Origin: Octopus bimaculoides
Lineage: Eukaryota
Direction: 5' to 3'
DNA length: 51,242 nt
Assembly: GCF_001194135.2 (NCBI RefSeq)
Contig: NC_068998.1
Span: 33,352,872-33,404,113, forward strand
The notes below the pieces were generated by a model. That model was not told where the DNA came from. It saw only the letters and a program-made list of their open reading frames with translations, and made no database searches. Within the stretch, counting starts at the first letter, position 1. Every line of letters begins with the position of its first letter. Below, one piece after another: positions 35,731-50,984 of this stretch. A program made the position numbers and the translations under genes.

Positions 35731-36617
35731 CACTTATGTATGTGTGTTTTATGGTTTTACTTATTTTTATTGGTTTTATTAATTTTCCATTATTGTTTAC
35801 CAAATATTTTATAATAGTTTTCTAGTTGTGTAGGGCCCTTATCTCACTGAATTCAAGATAAATAAACATTTTAGGCTGGAGTTGAGGTTTTTATGTTGTT
35901 CAAAAACCATTTCTGCTTTTTATGCTGATGAAAATCTTTACAACTTAGCAAAGATCTCATGGTTCAGATGTTTTTTGTATTTTGCATTGTCCTGTTATTT
36001 TTCTATTTGTTATGTTGTATTTCTGTAATGTTTCTTTTCTTTTTTAATTTTACTCTCCCTTTTTAGTTGATTTATTATTGATATCATTTAGAATTGAGAT
36101 ATCTATTTCTTTACTTCTATATTTTTGCTGTATGTTTTCTTTCCATGAGTTTGCTTGGATTTTGATATTTCAATGTAAGTAGATTGGGGAGAGTACCCAC
36201 ATTGCTTTGTTACTCAGTAGCTGTTGCGTTATTTCTTTTAACCTGGTGATATTGATGTTTGTATCTGTTCTCATTCAATCTGTAATGGTCAGGTTTGTAT
36301 ATTCTTTGTTGCTATTATTTTATTGTTGAGTTTTGTCCTTGGGAGGTTCTTTATTACTATTATTGCTGTTGTTGTTATAAAACTTCTATCACGTTTTAAT
36401 AAGTCTTTTCACAGACAATGTAATGTTTGCAATATAGATAGTTTTCTGTCTCTTCTTGTATGCTTGTATGGCTTCAAGCAACCACCTCCTTCTCCTATAT
36501 ATGCTTCTATCTCTAAACAGTATTCAAAGTTTATTCAATAAGTTTGTGAAAGCAATTAATATATAATAGAATTCTAATCTCTACATTTGTGATGTTACAA
36601 TGCTAGACAAATAATGT

Positions 36618-36762
<145 letters not shown>

Positions 36763-39447
36763 CACTTTGATATTGAGATATGCCACTAGCTATAGCTATC
36801 TATGCATTCCTTATGTCCATATGTACATACACACAGCTACACATCCAGAGATATATGAAGATGAATGAATTCACACATTCACTTATAGACAGAAATGTAT
36901 AAGCAAGCATATATGTATATCTGTACTTGGACACAAATAAGTTGCAGCATCTGCTGCAAATTCAAGGTGGAGTAATACATTTTCTAACTGCATACTGGAA
37001 ATTGAACTTATCCCACCAATCTAGCACAACACAGTAATTTCATGTCACCCATCAGTAATTTTGTATATGTCTCATGTCACTTATTTTCTAACAAATGTTA
37101 GTAAAATTAAAATCTTATAATCATAAACTGTTTAAGACTTCTTCTGAACAATGTTTGGAAGAAATAGTGCATGTCCCAGGATGGTTGCAGTCTAAATACT
37201 GAAACAAGTAAAAGAGTACAAGATGGATTTGATCCCCAGTGTTTTATATTCTGAAGTAGAAGAGTTAGGGAAAGAGATTTGTAAGGTGTGTGGGAGAGGG
37301 GAAAAATTAAGAATGCCAAAACAATGAAACATATGTATCAAATGGTTTTCATTGAAGGTTATTCATAGTTCACAGGTTTTAAGGACCTGTAACTTTTGCG
37401 ATGAATTCGCAGAGTCAGGAATATCATATATTATTTGTCCTGGTGTTTAAGCTCCAAGACAACTGTTATCCAGTAGACTTATGATCAAAATACATTCCAG
37501 CTGTGTTCAAATCTTCCTTCTAGTGGCTTGTAGGTTTGCATTTATGAATGTGCCCCTTCTTTATTTAAAAGTGTCAGATGTTATCTCAAGGAAATTTGCA
37601 GCAGATTGCAGGATTATATATTTAATTAAAAGTGAGTGATGATTTACCAAATACAACTCTTCAAAGATTAAGTATCTTATAGTTTTGGATATGAAATCTT
37701 CAAAATATTACATATGCATCATTGTAATTTAGGTTTTTTGAAGGTTTTCTGGTCTAGCATTTGGGCAAAATAAATTTTAGCTACTACTTGTCCTTACATT
37801 GGGTGAGTATAGTGTAAGCTGTGTTTTCTTGAAGTATGAAGACATGAAGCATGTGTGTTGTTAATGTTTATTAAGTACTTGCCATATTCTCAGTGCAAAT
37901 TATTTCTCAAGTCTTTATGCATTGAGGTTATATATATTGAGGAAAAAAAAGAGTCTAGGTTTCATGATACTGGAATGTGTATGCATGCACACGCATGCAC
38001 GCACGTTCACATTTGCATGCACATGCACACACATACACACACACACAATTCTAGCTTCATCCTTATATAAATTCTTGAATTTGGATGATCAAAATGTGTT
38101 GGAAATTTCACTTCATTTTCCATTTGCTCACTTTATTTGGGAACTGATTCCTGTTGCATATTAAAATCCTTCCTTCTTTTGCTTCTAATCACATACAGAC
38201 CAGTACAATGATGTCATTCTTCACTTCTTTTTCAACTTCTACATTCCAGTATCATGAAATATAGATTTTATTCTGGGTAATTTATGACATCAATGTTTAG
38301 GAATCTCAGAAACACTTTGTATTGCAGGTATGGCAACTACTTGTTCAACACTAACAAGCCACATGCAAAATTTATTAAGAAAACATAGTAATAGCACTAC
38401 ATATACTCTGCTTGTGAAAAATAAGTAACTAAAACTTAAATACATTCCAGAAAAGCTAGCCCAAAAGATATGGATTTACCTTAATTATAGATAGTTTGGT
38501 ATCTATATGCCTGTAAGCATAAACAACCCTTAATTCAGAACTTCATGATTCATTAAACTCCAGTATATGCACCTGGAAAGTGAATCGGTTTTAATATAAG
38601 TTATCTTATGACATAGGTGCACAGGCTTCAATATTCATTGAGTTTTATGTTGATATGTAATATGAGAAAAACAAAGTTTAGTCATATAATATCATTACAT
38701 ATAATTCATATCTTTACATACATTTCTGAGGTAACTGATTGATATATTCACTTATAAAGTTTGGGAGAAGAAAGACATACCACAAATAAATCAGGATTTT
38801 ATCAGCCACAGAACTGGAGACTTTGATTAATAAGAGAATAATTAAAATATGTTACTGTCACCTGATGAAGATTACTCACTATCTAAAGGCATGAAAGATA
38901 AAGTGTTAACAGAATAATTATTCAAATAGTCATATGCAAAGATATATCTAAATTCATACATACATGTATACAAGCAAATATAGTAGTAAAGACTTATACA
39001 TGCCACTATACATTCTGCAACATCTCTGTAAATTTCACTATATTGTATTGGAAAGAGAAACGAGGTAAGGAAGACATTGTTCTGGTTAGACAGGAATCTG
39101 TAATATTCTTGAATCTAGGTAGGTAACCTATTCTTAAGTTGTTTATATTTAACTTGAGAAATTAGTGATTAATTGTATATTTTTATTTCGTTTTATTCAA
39201 GCACATATGTAAACACAGATGCTAGAGATTAGAATTGTATGGAATCACAAGTCAAAGACAGATCAAGTCCTTTGTTGTGGTTGTACTGAAAAATTGCATC
39301 CAACCATATCTCGAAATAAGTAAGCGAGTAACTTTTAAGTTCTCACTTCGCTTAGAGATAAAGCAAGGTATTAGTATTTCATTAGCAGCAGATAGAATTG
39401 TACATACATGTGTGGAGGTAGAAATTATTTACACGTCTTAACAAGTC

Positions 39448-39532
<85 letters not shown>
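39448..39532. repeat. (TG)n + (TA)n microsatellite next to the gap
   Basis: Direct inspection. Confidence 0.95.
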
Positions 39533-42495
39533 NNNNNNNNNNNNNNNNNNNNNNNNNNNNNNNNNNNNNNNNNNNNNNNNNNNNNNNNNNNNNNNNNNNN
39601 NNNNNNNNNNNNNNNNATATATATTCACAAGGTATTGGAATCTTATATGTATACCATTCTGCCTAAACATTGGATTTACAAATACAATATCCCTACATTC
39701 ACTCTCTATTTCCTACCTTAACTAAACTAACTATTGCTTAATCATCCTCTCACACCGTCTTTGATGAAGGGATATGATAAATATGTTGGAAACAGCTGTT
39801 AGACATTCTATTTATAAATGTTCTATATTATACACAGCCTTGGTCTTTTATCTCATTACGAAAAGTAAATCATTATATTCACACACTGATACATGACCTA
39901 CGTTGGACCCCTTATTCGCATAACCACCGAATTCCAGGAAGCAATTTTGTGATTAAACTATATTCTTCCATATTTAAGTGCATCAAATATTTCTGATAAA
40001 ACAGTTTTGTTTCTGACTTTTTTTTGGTAGTGAACAAAAAATTTTGTATTAAATAGCAGGAAAAGAACTGGGACAATTAGACATATAACATCAGATAGCT
40101 GATCATAGATACATGTCAAAAGATTTTTAAAATGTCAATATGAAACAAAATGAAGAGGAAAGAAAAATATTTATTTTGCAGTTATTTTAGTATTTATAAA
40201 AGTAAACAGTAAGAAAATAAATAAATTAAAAAAAAAAATTTTAACTTGAGCATAACTATTACATTTTATGATTGTGTATAATTAATGAACTCGATCAAAG
40301 TGCTTACATAGACTATTAGCTTGTCTATATATTCTGAAAGGATGAAAGATAGTTTTGACTATGGAGAGATTTGGACCTAGAATGTAAGATGTAAATGACA
40401 TATGAGTGCTATACGGTTTTAACCTACAAATATAACATTTTGTTTTGAATGGTCAAAACTATGAAGATACAATATCTCCAGAACATTTTATCTGATTCTT
40501 TTTCGAAGAAATTGCAAAGATTATCATCAATATTTTGTGTGGTGGGAAATAGAGTATTTTCCTTCATTTACCCCAACCTGTTAAAACTATCTTTATCCTT
40601 TGAAAATGAAGTCTTTCCTTTGAAGTTACTTAGCACAATTCATCACATTATAAATCATCAACTTAAACTTTATGCCAGATACATTGCTAAGATGGTTTTG
40701 AAGTTTTTCATGTATTACAGGAAAAAGATATTGTTTGATAACATTTGACTGTTATATTTCTGGTTCTTATTACTTGAATTAGCAGAATTAATCCCCACCC
40801 CACCAACAAAAGCACTCTACATTATATGAGATTTTTACTTTATTAACTATGAGAAAACCTTCTTCTAGATGGCCAGGTGTAATTTGAGGAGAAATTTGAT
40901 TCCTATAACTAATTAACCTAAAGTAGACTTTGCTGATGTTTTTCTCTAGATGAACCCTGATTAAACAGGTAAATGATGAAAAGTTTTCCTGATGTGACCA
41001 TACTCTTTTGCTGCACATCAGGGAGTACATTATCTTTTATTAGAATTTTCTTGGTGCAGTAATTATCAATAACAGACCATCTTGTGAATTGGAAATACAG
41101 TGAACAAATAATGACAGCTGCTTTCTAAAGAGTGTTCTCTATTAAATAATCCTCTAGTTCTTCTTCTTTCTGATATGTACAGGCATTGTATGTTAGACTT
41201 ATAAGACAGTGATTATTTCCTTTCTTGTGTTCTATAGAATCTAGATGTGCTTTGTTCTGGACAAAAACTACAGAACCATATGTTATGATGGGTACTGAAT
41301 ACTATGTTTATATCATCAAGTTAGTGTAATTCTAGCATTTTAATGAGAGAGTTATATAGAATTAATTCAAAAGCCTACATATAATTGTTTCAGCTTCATG
41401 CTATGTTTTTCATACTTTTTAATCCAATTCCTGCATGTTGATAAGGAAACAGTCAATTGTTGTTGTACAAGATTTATATAAATATACAAGAATCATGTAA
41501 ATGTTTTTTTGAAAATGTTTAATCATCATGTTGGATAAAACTTTAGAGAGTGACTTATAATTTACCAGCAAACTAGTGATAAAACAGTAATTAGATGACT
41601 TATTTTTTGTCTTTTGTTGGGAATTATTTGGTGTTTGCCCAGTAAGAAACCATCTTGATATGTTTGCAGATTATTCAAGATGATTTTAAAGATTAACATT
41701 ACTTTGGCTATGCATTATTTTTCTTAGATGGTAGAAATTCAGATTTGAGATTTAGCTGTTATTTCTAGCAGGTTCAACATAACTTGGGGGAATTCCTCAT
41801 TTGACAGTTTGTTTTGAAAGAATTGTTTATCCAACAACAACATGCCTTTCTAGTCCATTATTTAAGACAACTACTTTTCAAGTGTTTGGAGTCATGTCTT
41901 GTATTGTTTACCTTATCTATCATATGGGATGTATTTATCTGTTTTACAGAAAGGCTTAACTACTGTCATCTTTGGTTCTGTTCCTTAATTTGCCATGTAA
42001 AGTGACTATTACAAAATGTAATTTAGTTTTCCAGTCCTCTATTCTGTGATAGTGACACCTGTCATTTATAACAATACTTTGTTTATATAACTCTGCTTTT
42101 TCTGTTATTGTCTTACTTGGTATTGGTATGCTATAATATTGAACTTTATTTGTGCATTCTAGTGTTTCTTGTCACTCAGTCTGAAAACAATTGTATATTC
42201 TATTTGGTAATTCCAACATAATACAATCTCTATTAATCTCTATTCTGTATTTTGCTATTTTACCACAAACAACTATTTTCTTCACTCTCACCATATCTGC
42301 TGGCTTATGAGACACAGTGTCACATAAGATGTTCCCCTATTTCATTACAATATTTTGAGAAAATGACTATTTTAATGTTTCATCAAATGTAAATTGAAAT
42401 ATATTTTAAAGTGGTTTTGTAGGGAAAACTGTAAAATACAATATTATAAGAGTATACAGAAATGAAGTATGAAATCATATAATGTAACTTTAGAT

Positions 42496-42745
42496 TAATG
42501 GATCTCAATTAGTGTCCATATGACCCTAGGGGGTTCATATAAGATTTTGTTGTTAAAATTTATAATAAATTAGTTAGATTTCTACAGTACACAAAATATT
42601 TAAGAATTTTTTTAATACACTTTATACAATCCCTAATGATATCTAATTATAAAAATATAACATGACTTTTTAACATGTTGGGAGGTCCTTCAGAGTAAAA
42701 TATGAATCAAAGGGGTCTATAGGCAAAAATGGTTGAGAACCATTG
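42496..42745. mobile_element. Degenerate hAT MITE
   Basis: Right TIR ggttgagaaccattg, decayed left TIR taatggatctcaat, 8-bp TSD-like ctttagat/ttttagac. Confidence 0.6.
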
Positions 42746-43051
42746 TTTTAGACTAATCTCTAAAGGAAACTAAATTAAATTTGCAGCAGAAAAAGAAAGA
42801 AATATATTGGCATCAATGAATTTTGGTACATGCAAAAAAAGTAAATGTATTGGTAAAATATTGGAACAAATCAATTAGCAAAATACAATCAATGTGAAAG
42901 AATTCCTATGGATGTTTACAGTTCATGGAAACAAAGCGAAATTTCATTGAATATTAGGACACAACAAGCAATGGGACAAATAAATCAAAAGCATTCTAAC
43001 AGAAACTTTTATTTCAGTGAATAGTACAGGTAGCAAAAATATAAGAAAAAA

Positions 43052-44024
43052 AGTATCACAAAAGTATATTTAATCATCGTCAACAAGATCTATTAAACCA
43101 TCATCTTCAGAAGATAAATCAACATCGTTAAAACCTGTCGGCATCCATATTACCAGAACTTTCTTCATCAGTGGAATTTTCTGTAATAGAATCTGAGTCT
43201 TCAGTACCTTTTTCAAACTGTAAATCATTCACAGTACCATCAATGGCATTACTAATGACATTTTTTTAAGAATGATTTCACAGCCACCTCTTCTTTTGCA
43301 GCATTCCATGAACTTAGTATCTATTTACACACCTGTATGTGGTAGGCTTCTTCTTTCTTCCTGTTGATGCCATTTTAAATTTTGAAGATTGTACTTACTT
43401 GCTCCACCTCTTCCACATAAATCCTTTAAATGATTTAATGTTTGAAACATCTCGAGGCTGTAACTAATTAATCAGACCTGGAATAACAGCTAATCAGGTC
43501 TTCAGTTCTCCAACTTTTTATGAATCGAAAACTAATGTCAAATTGAGTCTCTTTTACTGGTTTCAGCCAGAGGCTGGGGCCATGCTAGAGCAGGCAGGTT
43601 TCTTTTACTGTTCACTAGACCACCTGCACCACACTTTATCAAATTTCTATATCATTCCTCCTTCACTAATTCTACCTTTTGGATGAGCAAGAACATAAAT
43701 ACCATTGGGTATTCTTTCTTTAGGTATTATAAACAATCACAAAAGGCAGCAGTTTTGTATCATCAGAGCAGCATGTTAATTCAGCTCTATAGTGTGTCTG
43801 CTCATAGCCACGTGTTTTAAGTCATAGCTTTATCACCCTTAGAATCTACCATCTTATATGATGACACATCAAATGCCAAAGGGATTTCTTCCATATTTGC
43901 TATGTGTCAAATTTCAATATTAACTTTTGTTAATCACATGCATGTGAAACAATAATTTTTTCATCATACTCAGGTGCCATTTTTAACTGTTCATGTTCTA
44001 TCCCTCATACAGTGGTTATTTCCT

Positions 44025-44056
<32 letters not shown>

Positions 44057-44430
44057 TCCTTTAATGTCTGTTTTCCATGCTGGTATAAGGAATCTGGAAA
44101 ACTATGATGCTGACCCCCTAAAATCACTGATTTATAGTGAGTCATATATAATCATTGTAGTAGATATTGAAAAGCCCAACCTTTTTGGTCTAATGCCTAT
44201 GTATTAGACCAAATTCTTCTAGTTCAGATCATTTTCATAATTCCTCTATAGAGACAGTGTTTGCTATGTCTAACAGCTTTCAGTTGCTCTTCTTGTTTCT
44301 TTCAAGTCCTTCTCATTATTTTGGTGGGTAGAGGATCAAAATATTAAGCAGCTGCCCTAGAACCATGCTTTTTCATATATACTACAGCATTTAATGTTAT
44401 ACCAATGTCTTTTTTTGTTTTTAAACCATA
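43052..44430 (-). pseudogene. Decayed pogo-family transposase (BrkDBD-like N-terminus plus DDE_1), interrupted by SINE/microsatellite pieces
   Basis: KKHGSRAAA*YFDPLPT; IANMEEIPLAFDV; CCSDDTKLLP; LAVIPG...LQPRDV; ILSSWNAAKEEVAVKSFLK; ISNAIDGT; acidic tail. Confidence 0.8.
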
Positions 44431-45059
44431 TCATAAATTGCCTTGTCTGAACTTTATCTTCTTTCAGAACCATTGTATAATTATTTATAATGATTCAAGA
44501 TAATTGCCATACAGGACGTGAAACTTGTATTTCTGTCCATGATGTTTTGTGTTGACACAAATAGCTGCCATGGTGATGCAGCTTTGCTTTGGTTTTGTTG
44601 TCGTCTACTCATTACAAATGGCTGAGGGGCAAATGACAGTTTTTTCACATTCCATTAAACTTACTAAAAGCGTTTTTCATTCAGATAATAAACAAATGTT
44701 TTTTTTAAAGGTAACTCAATTATTAAATGATGTAAGACATATATAAGGTGTAGATTATATATGCTGAGAAAGAACGTATTGTGAAATGTTATGACATCTC
44801 CGCATAATTGCTGATATGCAGTAAGCAATTTTCCATAAGTTTGTGCTGATAGACTGTGAAGATTGACTTGTTTTTAATATTTTAGAATTAGTAACCAATT
44901 TTGTGCCTAGCAGACTTATCTGACTCTTAGATTAAAAATTAAAATAGTATATAATGGTGGCAAATGTCACAGTAACATTCTAATATAGAATTGTAAGATA
45001 AATTTCTCTCAAATTACATCCTTCTACCTTAGTAAAAATGCATGATATATTGAATGATG

Positions 45060-45560
45060 TAGTCTCTGATATACCAAATGATAGGGTGGTCATAACTGGA
45101 ATGCTTTCCATTGTGTGTATCTTGCTTGATCAGAGTTGAAGTAGAGGGATACAATAACAACAGTGACACTTATAGAAACCTTATTGCTACTAGTTACTGT
45201 TGTAGTATTTACGGACGTTTTTATTGGGGGATTCCCTACAAGTGATCAAGCAGCAGGTGTTGTTCAATGCTGAATTAAGGTTTTTGGCATTGGTTGATTT
45301 TTCCCAGACAGGATATGCATATCATGCAGAAGTATAGCACAAGGCCAAAATAGTAAATCTTAATATGTATGCTGTGGTTCCCTGTTTGGAATTGACCAGT
45401 TTCTGCAGGACATTGTTTTGAGAACCAACTTTTAATTTGGTATTTTGGACATGTTCCTTAAAGAAGAGGTGTGGCCTCAGGTAAAAGGATTGGTACAGTA
45501 CTCCAGTTGTGTGGTGTATTGTTGGACTTAGCAATAAGATTTTTACCAACATCAATACTA
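45060..45560 (-). pseudogene. RTEX-like non-LTR reverse transcriptase C-terminal remnant
   Basis: FKEHVQNTKLKVGSQNNVLQKLVNSKQG...LALCYTSA*YAYPVWEKS. Confidence 0.75.
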
Positions 45561-45898
45561 CAATACTAACATCATGTCCTGTCCCTATTATTAAATTATT
45601 ATGAAATATATCACTATATTAAACAATTTCCAATGTTACTGTATATAGAATTATCATCTGCCTGATTGAATATGTTTTCTCTAATCTGTTAGTATTTGAT
45701 CAGTACTGGTAGATTCTGAATATAGTTGTATCCAGTATAAATGCATTCATCACCTGTATTATGTGTATTATTATTATCTGTTATTTATAATAGACTAGAT
45801 TTAAATTTATTTATTTTTCCTGTGAAGTATAACTCTCTTGATATTTTTTTCCAAGAGCTTTATGTTGTTTTGATATACCAGAATATGTATATACTTTG

Positions 45899-45938
<40 letters not shown>

Positions 45939-47214
45939 AATTTCGCTCCATAGATCTTGGTAAACACATGAATGATTATGCTTCACTGAAGAGGTCTAAC
46001 AACACTTATGCTTCGCTGGCCTCTGTATGTTTATAATCTAAAGAAGTTTCTTCTAAGTACTTATTCTAGCACAGCCACGTTTGGAATTTCTGTTTTTCTC
46101 TTTAGCTCCACCTTCACCAAAGCTCACTCTTCTGTTATGTTTCTGTGTGCCTGACAAACTGACCAAGTAACATTTTCTTCTCTCTTATCCGTTTCACTTT
46201 GTTTTAGTTTGTAATTCCTTTTTGTATCTATGTATTCACTATTGATCTTTCTTTTTTTCACAACATATAAACATATTTCTTCTTTTCCTAATGTAATTCT
46301 TTAGTTCTATAAATGCTAGACACACTATATCTGTTAGAGTAACCTTCTGTTTCACTTTTTACAGTCTACCAGCACTGATTCGGAGATGTAATTCATAGAG
46401 CATTATTAACTTCTTTTGTTCTTTTCCAACTTTACTATTCATTTCCTTCTGTTACACCTCATCATCTTATAACAGGACAACATATTATATCTTTTACCCT
46501 CTTACAGTAACCTTAAAGCCCCGTTGTTTGGAACGATGATTTCCTCTCTTGTCAAAATTTCTTGCTTCTTTATCTGATAGATAATGTTTGAAGTCATCCA
46601 TGAAGTGTTAAAAATATAATAAACCTCTAGTTGCTTACTTCAGTCACCTTTGTCTTATCTTTCTGTGTGAAGACAATTTTCCATCTTATAATTCATTATA
46701 TTATATCTTCTGTTGTGCATTGGACAATATATTTTGAAGTGTGTGTATGTATGTATGTGTGCAAACTCATGAAGCTTTTGAGCCAGAAGCTTTGAGCAGC
46801 ATTTCAGCTAGGAGTTTTTTTTTAATCTTTTTTATTTGTTTTGTTTTCTCTTTGTGTTATTGTATTTTAAAATCCCCTCTCCAACTATCTAGTCTGAAAC
46901 TATATCTAGTCTTTGCAACCATCTGATCCTAGGTTCAATCTCATTGAGCAAGTGTCATCTGCAATTGTTCTGGGTTAACCTATACCTGCATATGTGTGAG
47001 ATAATATTTACATTCTGCAATGTCATAAACAATGGGCAAGATTATCTACCATTATTTCCTTCTCATCAAATTGTCCACTAGCACTTTCAAATTAGTTTCA
47101 CAGGTTAATTTAGATATTGCAGTGAAAATGCAATATTCAAATAAGAACTGTTAGAGGATGCTAATGATGATGATAAGAAGTAAAAGAAGTACATGAAATG
47201 GTAATGAGGACACT

Positions 47215-47215
<1 letters not shown>

Positions 47216-47253
<38 letters not shown>
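47216..47253. repeat. (ATC)n microsatellite
   Basis: Direct inspection. Confidence 0.95.
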
Positions 47254-47254
<1 letters not shown>

Positions 47255-47481
47255 GTGGTGGACTTGGATTTTTTGAGCCCTGAAGCTTGAACTTTTATGG
47301 GAGTATCACCACAATCAGCCACCATAGGGTAACTTCCAACAAGGTCTGAGAGGCTTTGCTACCGATGTACTTTGCTATACCTTAATAGTTTTTGAGTTTG
47401 CCGTGGAAGGAATATTTATGCATATACTCAATACACGGTAGACTGATAAAATAGAACTAAGAGCAAATTTAATTTCATATG

Positions 47482-49950
47482 TCATCTTAACCTGTAGAAA
47501 TTCCAATTATATGAAGTACATATGAAATATACTTTTTTGCTTTTCTTAATAACACATTCATACAACTTTTTGTCATATAAGAATTTCCTTGCCATGTCTT
47601 TATCTAGAGAGAATATGGATAAAATATTTAAATGCTCTTCAGTTATGAAAGACCAAAATTTATTCATTGTAAAGGGTAGGTTTTGAGAAATTCCTTACTG
47701 CTTCACAGCTCATGATAAGCATTGCCAAGTACAGCTAAAGTGTAGAAGTAATATTGAGTAACATTTCAATAAGGTGTTATTCACAAATAAGCTGAAGAAT
47801 TTGTGTACATTGCATTTGCATGACACTTTTTCTTCTGTGTTCTGGGATTTCCTAAGATGCATATCTTTTCTGAACTGATAACATTTATTAAACCAATTTG
47901 TGGTCAATGTTATCTTTGGAATATAACGTTATATATTTAATATTATCCTCATCGATTTCAGAATTGTTCATGTTTCTGACAGGAACTTGAACCTTTTTGA
48001 AATCTGCTCATATAGGTCAATCCTCTTATGTAAATGGATTATGAAGCTGCCAGAGTTGATTTAGAACTTCTGATATAAATTTTTCTGTTCCTCTCAAAGA
48101 AGCATTATCAGTTGTTCTATCAGAAAATTTCTTTGTAATGGTGTATTGGAATCATTAGAATAACTTGGGGTTACATCTTCACACAAAACCTTTGCTTCTA
48201 ATTCACAATGGATCTTACTCTTCTTTGAATTTTCTTTGAGTTCTTCAAGAAACAAATGCAAGTTGATAACAGAAGATACCTTTAAATATATCAAAACTAG
48301 ATATTTGAAGTTTCTTATTGTTTTGTTGAAACACTTCAGTACTTCTACCCAAACAGCTGTTAAAATAGCATATTCCAACTTTACCAGTTTGTTGTATAAA
48401 ATCTTTGCATCTCATTTACATTCTAGTTTCTCTCTGAGTGTTCAAAAATATGCTTGAGAGTTTGTAAAATACTCATGTATCCATTTTTAATTGCTTTCAC
48501 TGCTTCATAGTTCCAGACTATCTAGTTAGACTTAAGCCCTTTAGAGAAAATCTAGATTACCCTCAGTGTTTAAAATACTCCATGTATGGCGATTCAGCAA
48601 AGAAAACACAATCACTGCAAAATGACAAGATATTCAACAACTTCAGGTACAGTGAACAATAACTTTTCTCTTACAATATCGTGTGAATAAGCTGCACAAG
48701 CAGTATAATCTGCACACCTGTTATTGTTTTTAAAGTGTGCTTGTGGCCCCTTCTTCTGAGACTTTCATGTTAAATCCAGTATAGTAGACATGACCATGGG
48801 TATTTTCAAGTGAAAGCTTTTGTTCACTCAGAACTTATACTCTGTTGAACAAGATCATGGATGAATGGTTTCACTTGTTAAAATTATTAAAATCCCTCAT
48901 GAGGTTTTCAATTATAAAATTATTGAACCATGATTACCAGCTGGCCAATCAGTAAACAATATTAAAGTAGTATTTAGTGTTTTGGTTTAATGTGATTCAC
49001 AATTTCATTTTGCACTTGTTTTCCTACGATTTCTATGAAATCTGTACTCAGATTAAGATGGATTACCAGTATTTACTTTTCCGTTCTTACATTTCCCAAA
49101 ATGTTCATGTCAAGATGGATCAAACTCTGCAATAAGTTCAATGATTTTTATAAAGTTGCCAGTTTTTGGTGAGCCCCACTTAATGGCCTCTAAATGCCAA
49201 ATCTCTTTCACTTAGAAATTTGGTAAGAATTTTATACAAAAGTTACAACTCTTTTCAGGACTTCAAAATAGTACTATATATTTCTTTTCAAGTTGCTTCA
49301 AGTTTCTGATTCCCAGGTGTTTTACTTGTCTTTCTATTTATCCAACACAACATTGTCTTCTTATATTCCATACTATTTTCATGATTGTTCCAGAGTGCAT
49401 TAATCGAATCAGAAAATCCATGCTTTGAGTGGTGTTTAGCATTTAAAAAATAAACTATTTATACAGCATTTGTTGTTTAAGCAAGCTAACCAGAATCACA
49501 TCAGAGTTTGGCCAATTTCTTTTATTTTTCAAGATATTTACTTGTAAAACATCTGTTTTCATTCTCTCATTTTATCTTCCATTAAACAATTCTGTTTGAA
49601 ATAATTATTAAATGTTATGTGACATTTTATGAGGTTACTGTATTTTTTGAAATCACTGAAATTATTTTTTGCATCACATTTCTGCTGTCTTTTCTTGATT
49701 TTCAATACATTCATGTTGACCACTATGACATCATTCATGTCAAAAGTATTAATAGCAGGCTGAAAATTGTTAGAAAAACCCTTGTGACTGGTGTACTATC
49801 ATTGACTCTACTGGTGCTTGGTTGTCTTCTTTCATCTGTAGATGGTGACAAACTTAACATTGTAAAATGAGTAGCTACCTTTTGATAGTTGAAAATTTCA
49901 TCAGATCATTTCTCCTTGAGTTTCCATTTTTTGTATTCACTTAATTATTT
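47482..49950 (-). pseudogene. Decayed hAT transposase (DUF4371 + catalytic + C-terminal dimerisation domain)
   Basis: FLSERDLAFRGH; ACAAYSH (from CxxH); LSLTR*S (from TRW); KLEYAILTAVWVEVL; SCEAVRNFSK...EEHLNILSI. A possible TIR cagtggtggacttgg lies at 47253. Confidence 0.85.
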
Positions 49951-50859
49951 TGTGAACTCCTTGTTATTCGACTTGGAAAATGGATATGTGTTATACAGAT
50001 ATCTTCCACTTTGTTATATCTAACAGTGTGGGCATGTGCCAATGCACATATATGTGTATATGCACATGTTTTTGAAGTGCTCGTGAGATTATGTGGATGT
50101 TATGTCTGTGATTTTACATATATGCATGTGCATAATAAATTTGTATATAGTTTAGTTAAGCTTATATTATGTGTATGAAGTGTAAAAGTTATGTCATACT
50201 TATCAACAGATGAAATAGAAAAATCGAAAAGCAAACACTTTCATTAGTCATTCAGTAATATTAAAAGAAAACAACTAATGTTAATGCAGAAATTTCATGC
50301 AACTTGGGTTTTCATTTTCTTTTTTCAACTTCTCATTTACTTTCTCCATTAAGCCATTAGAAATAAAATGATTTTATCTTTATTTTTGTTGTGTTGCCAA
50401 ACAAAATTATTTTATTTGAACATTTTCATTAACAAGTGGAATATTTATTTTTAAAATTCTAATTTCTTTTATATTTTTCTCAATTGATGTTTATAAAACA
50501 TTTAAAAAATCTATTTTGTTACAATTCACCTGTTTTTGTTTTGCTTGGTATTGTTGTTTACATTAATTACCCTATTGTTTTTAAAACATCTGGAAGTTGC
50601 TTTTTTTTTTCTTAAAACTGATAATAAAGCCTTTTGATAGAGAATTAAACCTTTTTTTCTGTTAAACTAACTTTGTAAAATCATTGGTTTCATTCAGCTA
50701 TTTCTGTGAAAGCATGTTTCCATCTGTAGAGAGTCTCTCCTTAATTGATAATCTTATAAAATTATCACATGTATTCAAACATCTTAAACAGATGTTTTAT
50801 TCTGTTTTTTTTTACTGTTTTTATTCTATTTTATTTATATTTTTCTTCTTTAATATGGT

Positions 50860-50960
50860 GGTAATAGAGCAGCCATGAACATGAGTGCAAGTATGGTTGT
50901 ATAGTTAAGAAGTTCACTTCTCAACCATGTGGTTCTGGGTTTGACCCCACAATGTAGTTT
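50860..50960 (+). mobile_element. SINE family A, 5' fragment
   Basis: ttaagaagttcacttctcaaccatgtggttctgggtttgaccccac. Confidence 0.65.
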
Positions 50961-50984
50961 CTTGTCTTTAATTAAAAATAATAA

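Noticed and set aside
35830-36560. T-rich block and 45950-46560, possibly old LINE/PLE coding sequence
   Set aside because: No diagnostic motif recovered in any frame I read.
41238-41294. Possible small host exon after a strong polypyrimidine-AG (SRCALFWTKTTEPYVMM)
   Set aside because: Weak donor, no recognisable protein, no partner exons; needs RNA-seq.
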